From Gemmatimonadales bacterium (GTDB lineage Bacteria; Gemmatimonadota; Gemmatimonadetes; Palauibacterales; Palauibacteraceae), in the NCBI GenBank assembly GCA_050114915.1, contig JASFRN010000001.1:5020-69019 (forward strand): a stretch of 64,000 nucleotides of DNA, written 5' to 3'. The notes under the pieces were generated by a model. It was not told the DNA's origin. It did no database searches and saw only the letters and a list, made by a program, of their open reading frames with translations. This document shows positions 22,812 through 31,379 of the stretch, piece by piece. How positions within the stretch are numbered: the first letter of the stretch is position 1; the number at the start of each line of letters is the position of its first letter. The position numbers and the translations under genes were made by a program.

Positions 22812-24034
22812 GCCTCCTCCCGGGCCGCGAGGGTCGGCATGTCCTTGTCGCCGCGTCCCGACAGGCCGACGAGGATGCGGGAGCCCGGGTGCCGGGCGGC
22901 GTGGCGGCGGGCGCCCGCGAGAGCGTGCGCGGACTCGAGGGCGGGAAGTATGCCCTCGGCCGCGCAGCAGTCGTCGAGCGCCTCCAGGGCCTCGGCGTCG
23001 GTGGCCGTCGTGTACGCGGCGCGGCCGAGGGCCGCCAGGTAGGCGTGTTCAGGGCCAACGCCCGGGTAGTCGAGCCCCGCGGACACGGAATGCGTGTCGC
23101 CGATCTGCCCGTGTTCGTCCTGCAGGAGCAGGGAGTGGCTGCCGTGGAGCACACCCGGCCGTCCGTGTGCGATCGTCGCCGCGTGGCGCCCCGGACCCGT
23201 CCCGTCTCCGCCGGCCTCGACGCCCACGAGGGCGACATCCCGGTCGGCCAGGAACGGGTGGAAGAGTCCGATCGCGTTGCTTCCGCCGCCGACGCAGGCG
23301 ATCGCCACGTCGGGCCGGCCGCCGGCCGCGCGCTCGAACTGGGTCCTGGCCTCCCGCCCGATCACGCTCTGCAGGGTGCGGACGAGCCACGGGTAAGGGT
23401 GCGGGCCCACGGCCGAGCCGAGCAGGTAATAGGTGCGGCGGGGGTCGGCCACCCAGTCGCGCAGGGCCTCGTCGATCGCGGCGCGCAGCGTGCGGTCGCC
23501 GGTGTCCACCTCCCGGACTTCGGCGCCGAGGCGGCGCATGCGGAGCACGTTCGGCGCCTGCCGGCGCACGTCGAGGCTCCCCATGTAGACCGTGCAGGGC
23601 AGGCCGGCCCGGGCGCACGCCGCCGCGGTGGCCACGCCGTGCTGGCCGGCCCCGGTCTCCGCGACGATGCGCTCCGCGCCCATCTCGCGGGCGAGCAGCG
23701 CCTGGCCGATCGCGGCGTTGATCTTGTGGGCACCCGTGTGCGCGAGATCCTCGCGCTTGAGCCATATCTCGCCCCCCCAGCGCTCTTCGAGGCCCCGGGC
23801 CCTGGTGAGCGGGGTGGGCCGTCCGACCCAGTCTCGGAGCTCTTCGTCCAGCCGGTCCCGGAAGGTGTCGTCGGCGAGCGCGGCCCGGGCGGCTTCCTCC
23901 AGCCGCGAGATCGCGCCCACCAGCGTTTCCGGCACGAACCGCCCGCCGAACGGGCCGTACCGTCCGTGCTCGTCGGGCAGTCGGCCTTCGATGAGCGCCT
24001 CGAGGGGCGGGAGCTCCGTCGCCGTCGCCGTCAT
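22808..24034 (-). CDS. trpB: tryptophan synthase beta subunit
   Basis: GRYGPFGGRFVPE...HTGAHKINA... The ATG at 24034 is preceded by GGAGGA. The rest of the 740-aa track ORF upstream is read-through junk. Confidence 0.9.
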   Translation of the reverse strand: MTATATELPPLEALIEGRLPDEHGRYGPFGGRFVPETLVGAISRLEEAARAALADDTFRDRLDEELRDWVGRPTPLTRARGLEERWGGEIWLKREDLAHTGAHKINAAIGQALLAREMGAERIVAETGAGQHGVATAAACARAGLPCTVYMGSLDVRRQAPNVLRMRRLGAEVREVDTGDRTLRAAIDEALRDWVADPRRTYYLLGSAVGPHPYPWLVRTLQSVIGREARTQFERAAGGRPDVAIACVGGGSNAIGLFHPFLADRDVALVGVEAGGDGTGPGRHAATIAHGRPGVLHGSHSLLLQDEHGQIGDTHSVSAGLDYPGVGPEHAYLAALGRAAYTTATDAEALEALDDCCAAEGILPALESAHALAGARRHAARHPGSRILVGLSGRGDKDMPTLAAREEA

Positions 24035-24663
24035 GCGTCCTCCGGGTTGAAATCTCGTGCGGCCGCCACGAAGGCGGCGATTCGTCCCGCCGACTTGATG
24101 CCGGGTGCGTCTTCGACGCCGCTGCTCACGTCGACTCCCGCGGGCCGGACGAGGCGAAGCGCGGCGCCCAGGTTGTCCGGATCGAGTCCGCCCGCGAGGA
24201 GGAGCGGCCGCCGGGCGGCCAGGCCGGCGGCCCGCGTCCAATCGGGCCGCCGGCCGCGGCCCCCGTGTCCGGCCGCTTCCAGCAGCACCGGCCGGTCCGG
24301 CGCCAGGACGGCGAGCTGCGCCTCCAGCGTTCCGTCGTCGTGCACGACCGGCAGCAGGCGGTCGGCGAACGGCGCGCGCAGCAGCGCCGGCGTCGCCTCC
24401 ACCTGAATGCGGTCGGCCGGAAACTCGTCCAGCGCCCGCGCGATCTCGTCCGGCCCGGCGAGACGGAATACCGCGACCCGCTCCACCTCGCCGTGGAGGT
24501 CCCCGGCGATTCGCCGCGCCTCGGCGGGCGCCACCCGTCGGGGAGACGGGGCGAACACGAAGCCCACGGCGTCGGCGCCGGCCTCGGCCGCGGCTCGCGC
24601 CGACGCAGCGTCGCGCACGCCGCAGATCTTCACCGTGAGGCGAGGCGTCTCCTTCGCTCTCAT
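24031..24663 (-). CDS. trpF: phosphoribosylanthranilate isomerase
   Basis: MRAKETPRLTVKICGVRDAASARAAAEAGADAVGFVF... The stop overlaps the trpB start as ATGA. Confidence 0.8.
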   Translation of the reverse strand: MRAKETPRLTVKICGVRDAASARAAAEAGADAVGFVFAPSPRRVAPAEARRIAGDLHGEVERVAVFRLAGPDEIARALDEFPADRIQVEATPALLRAPFADRLLPVVHDDGTLEAQLAVLAPDRPVLLEAAGHGGRGRRPDWTRAAGLAARRPLLLAGGLDPDNLGAALRLVRPAGVDVSSGVEDAPGIKSAGRIAAFVAAARDFNPEDA

Positions 24664-25517
24664 GCGGCCTCCCGCCGCGCGCGGCGTCCCGCGGCCACCA
24701 GCTCCGCCAGGCGGCCGGCCGGATCGGCGCACGCCGCGAGGGCCCGTCCGACGAGCGCGAAGCGGTAGCCGAGCCGTGACGCCGCGGCCACGTCGGCCGG
24801 ATCGCGCAGGCCGCTCTCGGCCACCGCGGAGATCCCCGGCGGCAGCCTGGCCGCGGCGCGCGCGAGGCGTCCCGGGTCGACGTCCAGGGTCCGCAGGTCG
24901 CGCACGTTGACGCCGAGCAGGGCCGTGACGCCCCGCGCGGCCGCGGCGGTCGCCACCGCGGCGGCCGTCTCCAGCTCCGCGTCGCCGAACGCCTCGACCA
25001 GGAGCCACAGACCGGTCTCCGCCGCCGCATCCAGGCAGCGGGCGGCGCGATCGGCGTCGAGAAGCTCGGCGATCAGCAACACGCCGCCGGCCCCCGCGGC
25101 GCGCGCCTCGAACAGCTGGTAGGGATCCACGACGAAGTCCTTGCGCATCGTCGGGATCGGCCGGTCGGAGGACGCGAGGCGGCGGCTGGCTCGCGCCAGG
25201 TCGTCGAGCCCTCCCCCGAACGCCACGGGTTCGGTGAGCACCGATACGGCCACCGCGCCGCCCCGGGCGTACGCGTCGGCCAGCCGTTCCGGGAGATCGG
25301 GGGCGTCGCCGCCGGCGGAACCGCCGCCCGGTCCGTCGCCGGGAGCGTGGCGCTTGATCTCCGCGATCACGTCGAATCCCTCCGCGGCGGGTGCGAGAGG
25401 CGGGGGCGGGGGAGCGTCGGCCGCCCGGGCCCGCAGCTCCGCCGGCGCTTCGCGACGTGCGGCCGAGCGCACCCGGCGCAGGGAGGCGATCTCCATTCCG
25501 CGGAGGAAATCAGCCAC
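24660..25517 (-). CDS. trpC: indole-3-glycerol phosphate synthase
   Basis: VIAEIKRHAP...NVRDLRTL are IGPS motifs. Its stop overlaps the trpF start. Confidence 0.8.
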   Translation of the reverse strand: MADFLRGMEIASLRRVRSAARREAPAELRARAADAPPPPPLAPAAEGFDVIAEIKRHAPGDGPGGGSAGGDAPDLPERLADAYARGGAVAVSVLTEPVAFGGGLDDLARASRRLASSDRPIPTMRKDFVVDPYQLFEARAAGAGGVLLIAELLDADRAARCLDAAAETGLWLLVEAFGDAELETAAAVATAAAARGVTALLGVNVRDLRTLDVDPGRLARAAARLPPGISAVAESGLRDPADVAAASRLGYRFALVGRALAACADPAGRLAELVAAGRRARREAA

Positions 25518-26559
25518 GGGTGCCCGTCCTCGCGGCCGACGTCGTGTCGGCCCCGAACCGGGACAGCCGGTCGAGCAGCCGGCCCGCGTCGCCCGCGTCG
25601 ATCGCGCCCCGCGCGATCTCGAGCCCCTCGGCCAGGTCCCGGGCGCGGCCCGTCACCTCGAGGGCGAGCGCCGCGCCGAGGGTCAGGGCGTCCCGGTGCG
25701 GGCCGTCCTCGCCGGACAGGGCCGCGCGCAGGGCGCGTGCGTTGAACGCCGCGTCCCCGCCAAGCAGGGCCTTCGGGACACACCTGGGCAGGCCGAGCTC
25801 CGCCGGATCGCGCCGCCGGGCGCGGACGTCGCCGGGCCGCACGTCGTAGAGGAGGAACGGGCCGCAGGGCGTCGGTTCGTCCCAACCCGGGGCGCCGTGC
25901 ACGACGAAGGCCCGCTCGATCGGCAGGCCGGCCAGACAGCGGGCGATCTGCTCGGCGACCGCCTCGGACCAGGCGCCGATTACGTGGAAGGGTGGGGCGG
26001 CCGGGTTGGTGAGCGGGCCGAGGAGGTTGAACACGGTTCGCACGCCGAGGGCCCGCCGGATGCCGGCGACGTGCTTCATCGCCGGGTGGAAGCGCGGTGC
26101 GAACAGGAAGGTGAACCCGGTCGCCTCGAGGCAGCGACCCGCGGCCTCGGGCTCGAGTGGCATGGGGAGTCCGAGCTCGGCCAGCACGTCGGCGCTTCCC
26201 GAACGGCTCGTGATCGATCCGTTGCCGTGCTTGACGACCGGCAGCCCCGTCGCCGCGGCGAGCAGGGCCGAACCGGTCGACAGGTTGAGGCTGCCGGAGC
26301 CGTCTCCTCCGGTGCCGACGACGTCCACCGCTTGCCGGGTCAGCGCCTCGGGGAGCTCCGGCCGGACGGCCAGGGCCCGCATGCCGCGGGCGAAGCCGCG
26401 CACTTCCTCGGGCGTCTCGCCCTTCAGGCGCAGGGCGACCAGCACCGCGCCGGCCACGGCCGGATCGACGTTGCCGCTCGCCAGTCCCCGCAGGACGCTC
26501 TCCGCCTCGGTTTCGGACAGGTGTCCGCCCCCGAGGATCCGCCGGATCTCGCGGGTCAT
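25510..26559 (-). CDS. trpD: anthranilate phosphoribosyltransferase
   Basis: MTREIRRILGGGHLSETEAE...DVVGTGGDGSGSLNLSTG... The ATG at 26559 lies inside the 652-aa ORF. Confidence 0.85.
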   Translation of the reverse strand: MTREIRRILGGGHLSETEAESVLRGLASGNVDPAVAGAVLVALRLKGETPEEVRGFARGMRALAVRPELPEALTRQAVDVVGTGGDGSGSLNLSTGSALLAAATGLPVVKHGNGSITSRSGSADVLAELGLPMPLEPEAAGRCLEATGFTFLFAPRFHPAMKHVAGIRRALGVRTVFNLLGPLTNPAAPPFHVIGAWSEAVAEQIARCLAGLPIERAFVVHGAPGWDEPTPCGPFLLYDVRPGDVRARRRDPAELGLPRCVPKALLGGDAAFNARALRAALSGEDGPHRDALTLGAALALEVTGRARDLAEGLEIARGAIDAGDAGRLLDRLSRFGADTTSAARTGTRG

Positions 26560-27149
26560 GCCGCCGCCCTCCGCCGCCCGCCGAGATCCAGGAAATTGCG
26601 CAGCAGGCGCTCTCCCTCGGGGGTCAGCACGCTCTCCGGGTGGAACTGCACGCTTTCGAGTCCGAACTCGCGGTGCCGCAGGCCCATGATCTCGCCGTCC
26701 GAGGTGTAGGCGCTGATCGCCAGCTCGGCGGGCAGCGAGTCCTCGACCACGGCGAGGGAGTGGTAGCGTCCGGCCGGAAACGGGTTCGGCAGCCCCTCGT
26801 ACACGCCGCGGCCGTCGTGGTAGACCCGCGAAGCCTTCCCGTGCACGAGGGAGGTGGCCGGGCCGACCCGGGCTCCGAACGCGGCCGCGAGCGCCTGGTG
26901 CCCCAGGCATACGCCCAGGACGGGTATCCGTCCGGCGGCCGCGGCGATCAGCGGCACCGACACCCCCGCGTCCTCGGGCCGGCCGGGGCCGGGGGAGACG
27001 ACGATGTGAGTGGGACGCCCGGCGAGCAGCGCGTCCACGCCGGCGGCGTCGTTGCGAACCACGGTCACGTCGGCGTCGAGGCAGGCCATCGCCTGCACGA
27101 GGTTGTACGTGAACGAGTCGTAGTTGTCGATCAACAGGACGTGTCTCAC
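26556..27149 (-). CDS. trpG: anthranilate synthase component II (glutamine amidotransferase)
   Basis: GTG start (VRHVLLIDNYDSFTYNL) preceded by GGGAGGG. Triad region GVCLGHQ...HPES. Confidence 0.8.
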   Translation of the reverse strand: MRHVLLIDNYDSFTYNLVQAMACLDADVTVVRNDAAGVDALLAGRPTHIVVSPGPGRPEDAGVSVPLIAAAAGRIPVLGVCLGHQALAAAFGARVGPATSLVHGKASRVYHDGRGVYEGLPNPFPAGRYHSLAVVEDSLPAELAISAYTSDGEIMGLRHREFGLESVQFHPESVLTPEGERLLRNFLDLGGRRRAAA

Positions 27150-28543
27150 AGGCCCTCCCGGGCGAGCTCGAGCGCGGAAGCCAGCGCCGCGCCCTTGGCG
27201 TGGATCTCTTCGTATTCGCGGTGGGGGATGCTGTCGGCGACGATTCCGGCCCCTGCCTGGTATGTGCACTCGCCGGGGCGGAACACGAGCGTGCGGATCG
27301 TGATCGCCTGGTCCATCCGCCCGCCCGCCCCGAAGTAGCCGACGGTGCCGGCGTAGAGTCCGCGGGGCGTGGGCTCGAGCTCGTCGATGATCTCCATGGC
27401 TCGGATCTTCGGGGCGCCGACGACCGTGCCGGCCGGGAAGGCGGCGGCGAACAGGTCGAACATGTCACGGTCCTCGGCCAGCACGCCCTCGGTGCCGCTC
27501 ACCATGTGCATGACGTGGCTGTAGCGTTCGATCACCCGGTAGGGCTTCACCTCGATCGAGCCCGGCACGGCCACGCGGCCCAGGTCGTTGCGCGCGAGGT
27601 CGACCAGCATCACGTGCTCGGCGTTCTCCTTCGGATCGGCGAGGAGCTCGGCCTCGAGCTCGGCGTCGCGGGCCTCCGAGCCGCCCCGCGGCCGCGTGCC
27701 GGCGATCGGGCGGAGCGACGCGGCCCGGCCTTCGAGCCGCACGAGCGCCTCCGGCGAGGACCCGACCACGCAGGTGTCGTCGAATTCGAAGAAGTACATG
27801 TAGGGCGAGGGGTTCAGCAGGCGCAGCGCCCGGTAGGCTTCGAACGGGTCCAGGTCCGTCCGTCCGGCGAACCGCACCGACAGCACGAGCTGGAACACGT
27901 CCCCCGCGGCGATGTGCGACTTGATGCGCCGGACACGCTCGTCGAAAGCGGCCTGGTCGAGCGCCGGTTGCGGAACCTGGTGAAGGGGCGAGCCCGCAGG
28001 CGGGTCCCGCCGTGACGTGACGGGGCCGCGGAGCGCTCGCACGACGTCGCGCCGCAGCGCGGCCCGCTCGTCGCCGGGCCCGTCGTGCAGCAGGGCGGCG
28101 CGGCGGGTGAGGTGGTCGAAGGCGAGGATCGAGCGGGGGGCGAACCACGCCCCGTCCGGCCCGTTCGGCGATCGTCCGGCGGGGCGGGGGAGCCGCTCGA
28201 GGCGGCGGACCAAGTCGTACCCGGCCACCCCGACCAGGCCGCCTGCGAAGGGCAGCCCGACTTCGCTCGGGGCGGGAGTCGGGGCCGCGTCGCGGGCCGC
28301 GCGGAGGGCGTCGAGCAGGGCCGACCGGTCGGGGCCCGCCGCGATCCGCTCTTCGCCGATCTGCAGGTGGCCGTCGACCAGGCGCACGTCCAGCCCGTCG
28401 CCGAACCCGATGAACGAGTAGCGGCCGAGCCGCTCGCCGCCCTCCACGCTCTCCAGCAGGAAGCGCGGTCCGAACGGGGACAGTTTCAGATAGGCGGAAA
28501 CCGGGGTGTCGAGATCCGCCACGATGTCGAAAACAGGATGCAA
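27146..28543 (-). CDS. trpE: anthranilate synthase component I
   Basis: (M)HPVFDIVADLDTPVSAYLKL... The TTG start at 28543 has GAAAGG 9 nt upstream. Chorismate-binding core. Confidence 0.85.
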   Translation of the reverse strand: MHPVFDIVADLDTPVSAYLKLSPFGPRFLLESVEGGERLGRYSFIGFGDGLDVRLVDGHLQIGEERIAAGPDRSALLDALRAARDAAPTPAPSEVGLPFAGGLVGVAGYDLVRRLERLPRPAGRSPNGPDGAWFAPRSILAFDHLTRRAALLHDGPGDERAALRRDVVRALRGPVTSRRDPPAGSPLHQVPQPALDQAAFDERVRRIKSHIAAGDVFQLVLSVRFAGRTDLDPFEAYRALRLLNPSPYMYFFEFDDTCVVGSSPEALVRLEGRAASLRPIAGTRPRGGSEARDAELEAELLADPKENAEHVMLVDLARNDLGRVAVPGSIEVKPYRVIERYSHVMHMVSGTEGVLAEDRDMFDLFAAAFPAGTVVGAPKIRAMEIIDELEPTPRGLYAGTVGYFGAGGRMDQAITIRTLVFRPGECTYQAGAGIVADSIPHREYEEIHAKGAALASALELAREGL

Positions 28544-28584
28544 CGTTCCGCGCCTTTCGTGGACATCCGGACGCGGAAGGGGGG

Positions 28585-28621
28585 AAAGAAAAAACCCCGC
28601 TTCCGGTGTCCGGAAGTGGGG
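28585..28621 (-). terminator. intrinsic terminator / trp attenuator hairpin (minus strand: CCCCACUUCCGG-ACA-CCGGAAGCGGGG followed by UUUUUUCUUU)
   Basis: A 12-bp GC-rich stem, 3-nt loop and U-tract. It lies between the leader peptide stop (28648) and the trpE RBS and start. Confidence 0.55.
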
Positions 28622-28647
28622 TCGTCTTCGCTTCTGTCAGGGCCTGG

Positions 28648-28740
28648 TCAGCCGGACGCCACCTCCGCACGCACGTGTCCGGGCCACCACCAGCTGGCGG
28701 AGGTACGAATCGCGGCGTCGAAGTTCGTCCGGTCGATCAT
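28648..28740 (-). CDS. trpL: trp operon leader peptide (30 aa, MIDRTNFDAAIRTSASWWWPGHVRAEVASG)
   Basis: Short ORF with three consecutive TGG codons. It ends 27 nt before the terminator hairpin and ~100 nt upstream of trpE. Confidence 0.55.
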   Translation of the reverse strand: MIDRTNFDAAIRTSASWWWPGHVRAEVASG

Positions 28741-28778
28741 GGGCCGATGAATACGCCGTCGGGCGGGAGTCGTCAAGT

Positions 28779-31100
28779 TCAGGGTCGCCCCGCGTCGTGC
28801 AGCAACCACGCCGGGGGCACCGGACCGTCGTGTCCGTCGGGTCCGCGCACGCCGAGCTCCAGGGTCCGGCCGCCCGCGGACTGGAAGTAGCGGAGCTGAA
28901 AGGCGTGCCGTCCCGCGGACAGCGCGATCGCCCCGGTCCGTTCGGTCGCTCCGTGATAGCCGTCGTGGTCGACCACGAGCCGGCCGTCGATGTCGAGCGT
29001 GCTGCCGTCGTCGGAACGCAGCGCGAACCGGTACACGCCGGTGACCGGGACGTCGATCCAGCCGGCGAAGGACAGTCCGAAATACTCGTCCCGGGCGAAG
29101 CCCGGAATCCCGACGTTCGCTCGGACCACGCGCCGGCTCGGCTCGGCACCGTTGAGATCGGCGACCTCGGCGGCGGACGTTTCGAAGTAAGCGAGCTCGA
29201 GGCCCGCGTCGGCGGCGGCGGGACCCGGCACGGCCGGCAACGGCTCGACGCGACGCACGACGGCGCGCCGTAGCGGACTCGCACGGCCTCCCGGAGAAAA
29301 TCGCCGGGCGCTCACCACCGTTCCGGCACGCGTCGCTTCGACCCGCAACGGACCTTCGTAGACCGGGCCGTCGGGGCCCGGATCGGACCCGTCGAGGGTA
29401 TACCGAATCGTGCCGAAGGGTAGCCCGCCCAGCCGGATCGTCACGGCGTCCTCCAGGGTCGGGACGTCCTCGTCGAGGCCCGTGGGAGGCGGCACCCGGT
29501 AGCCGATCCCCCGGTCGTCGAGCGCTTCGAGGCGTGCCGGCAGCCGGCGGAGAAACGACGTGCTGTCGCGGAGCGCCCGTGGCGTCCAGGCGACCTCGGA
29601 GAGCGCCAGCAACCGGGGGAACACCATGTATTCGACCTGGGCCTCGTCCGGCATGTACTCCGTCCACACGTTGGCCTGCGGCCCCAGGACGTGCCGTGCG
29701 GCGTCGCCGGTCAGCCCGTCGGGCACCGGCTCGAAGGCGTATACCTGCATGAGCGGCGTGAAACCGCCGATCGCGAGCGGCTCGCGGGCGGGGTCTCCCT
29801 GGTAGTGGTCGAGGTAGAGATTCGCGTTGGGAGCCACGATGACGTCGTGCCCGGCGCGGGCGGCCGCGACGGTGGCGTCGGCGCCGCGCCACGACATGAT
29901 CGCGGCGCGCGCGGGGACGCCGCCCTCGAGGATCTCGTCCCACCCGATCATCGTCCGGCCGTGTTCGTTCACGTACCGTTCGATTCTCGTCATGAACCAG
30001 CCCTGCAGCGCCTCCTCGTCGGCCAGGCCTTCGCGGCGCATCACCGACTGCGCCACCTCGCTTTCCTTCCAGCGCGTCTTCGGGACTTCGTCGCCGCCGA
30101 CGTGGACGTAAGGACCGGGGAACAGCGCCATGACTTCGTCGAGCACCGTCTCGAGGAAGCGGAACGTCGCCTCCGTCGGGCAGAAGATGTCCTCGAACAC
30201 GCCCCACGTCGTTCCCACTTCGATCGGCCCGCCGGTGCACGAGAACTCCGGGTAGGCGGCGAGCGCCGCGGTGGCGTGCCCGGGCATCTCGATCTCGGGA
30301 ATGATCGTGATGTATCGTTCCGACGCGTATCGGACGATTTCGCGGATCTCGGCCTTCGTGTAGTAGCCGCCGTACGGTTGCCCGTCGCCCACGTAGGGAT
30401 CGAGCTGCCGGCCGACGACGGTCTCCGAGCGCCGGCCGCCCACCTCCGTCAGCCGGGGGTATGCGTCGATCGGGATGCGCCAGCCCTGATCGTCCGTCAG
30501 GTGCCAGTGGAAGGCGTTCAGCTTCAGCCGCGCCATCTCGTCGATCAGCCGCTCGATCTCCTCGGGCGGCATCATGTGGCGGACCACGTCCAGGTGCATG
30601 CCCCGATAGCCGAACTGCGGGGCGTCCTCGATCGCGAGGTCGGGCAGCGGGCCGGCCGACGCGAGCTGCCGCAGGGTCTGGATCCCGTAGAACACGCCCG
30701 CGTGCGTCGACGCCGAGATCTCGACCGCGGAATCCGAAACGGTCAGCCGATAGCTCTCGTCACGGTGAGGGAAGGGACGTGCCGCGCCGGACGTGTCGGG
30801 CCGCAGCCTGAGGCGCAGCTTGCGGCCGCCGACGTCCCCCGCGAGCCCAACGAGCCGCTGCAGCTCGCCGTCGCCCGGATCGGACGGCGGAAGCGTCGAC
30901 GCGCCTCCGGTGGCCGGGCCGGTCACCGCGGCGGACGTGCCGAGCGTGAGTTCCGCGGGCCACGGCACGAGCGGCAGTCCGCGAGGGGCCCGTTCCACGC
31001 GCGTGGCCCGCCCGCCGGAACAGGCGGAGAGGGCGAGGAGGACCGCGCAGGCGATGACGGCGTCGCGCCACGGAGAATGCGTCTGCTTCGGTGTCGACAT
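28779..31100 (-). CDS. beta-N-acetylhexosaminidase (GH20) with a C-terminal PA14/GLEYA-like domain, lipoprotein
   Basis: GH20 catalytic motifs HWHLTDDQGWR and HVGGDEV. N-terminal lipobox LLALSAC. The C-terminal ~150 aa are PA14-like. Confidence 0.8.
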   Translation of the reverse strand: MSTPKQTHSPWRDAVIACAVLLALSACSGGRATRVERAPRGLPLVPWPAELTLGTSAAVTGPATGGASTLPPSDPGDGELQRLVGLAGDVGGRKLRLRLRPDTSGAARPFPHRDESYRLTVSDSAVEISASTHAGVFYGIQTLRQLASAGPLPDLAIEDAPQFGYRGMHLDVVRHMMPPEEIERLIDEMARLKLNAFHWHLTDDQGWRIPIDAYPRLTEVGGRRSETVVGRQLDPYVGDGQPYGGYYTKAEIREIVRYASERYITIIPEIEMPGHATAALAAYPEFSCTGGPIEVGTTWGVFEDIFCPTEATFRFLETVLDEVMALFPGPYVHVGGDEVPKTRWKESEVAQSVMRREGLADEEALQGWFMTRIERYVNEHGRTMIGWDEILEGGVPARAAIMSWRGADATVAAARAGHDVIVAPNANLYLDHYQGDPAREPLAIGGFTPLMQVYAFEPVPDGLTGDAARHVLGPQANVWTEYMPDEAQVEYMVFPRLLALSEVAWTPRALRDSTSFLRRLPARLEALDDRGIGYRVPPPTGLDEDVPTLEDAVTIRLGGLPFGTIRYTLDGSDPGPDGPVYEGPLRVEATRAGTVVSARRFSPGGRASPLRRAVVRRVEPLPAVPGPAAADAGLELAYFETSAAEVADLNGAEPSRRVVRANVGIPGFARDEYFGLSFAGWIDVPVTGVYRFALRSDDGSTLDIDGRLVVDHDGYHGATERTGAIALSAGRHAFQLRYFQSAGGRTLELGVRGPDGHDGPVPPAWLLHDAGRP

Positions 31101-31379
31101 GTGCGAGATGCTAGCGGTCGGAGACGGCCGCCGACAGGCGATCCGGAGCCGGCATTCGCTTGCCGCGCCGGAGCGGTTCGCGATACTCTCACTCCATCGC
31201 TCGGACGGGAGACGGAGCCGGTGCGGTGGGGCGAGCGTCAGATCTGCCAGGACACTTCCCGACAGACACTTCGGATCCGCCGGAACGGAGCCGGGTATCC
31301 CGTCCCTCGTTGCGATCGAATATGCGCTTCACCGCGCCGGCCCGGCCGGCGACATCTTTTTGGCAGGAGGCTAGACGTG

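Noticed and set aside
22048-26709. Several 350-520-aa ORFs (22048..23238 -, 21975..23042 +, 22889..24406 +, 25141..26709 +)
   Set aside because: They overlap trpA, trpB, trpC and trpD in wrong frames or on the wrong strand. The trp genes have diagnostic motifs. These are GC-skew artefacts.
29691-31379. N-terminal 563 codons of the 1368-aa plus-strand ORF
   Set aside because: They are antisense to the GH20 hexosaminidase. The real gene starts at the ATG at 31380 with an AGGAGG RBS and a signal peptide.
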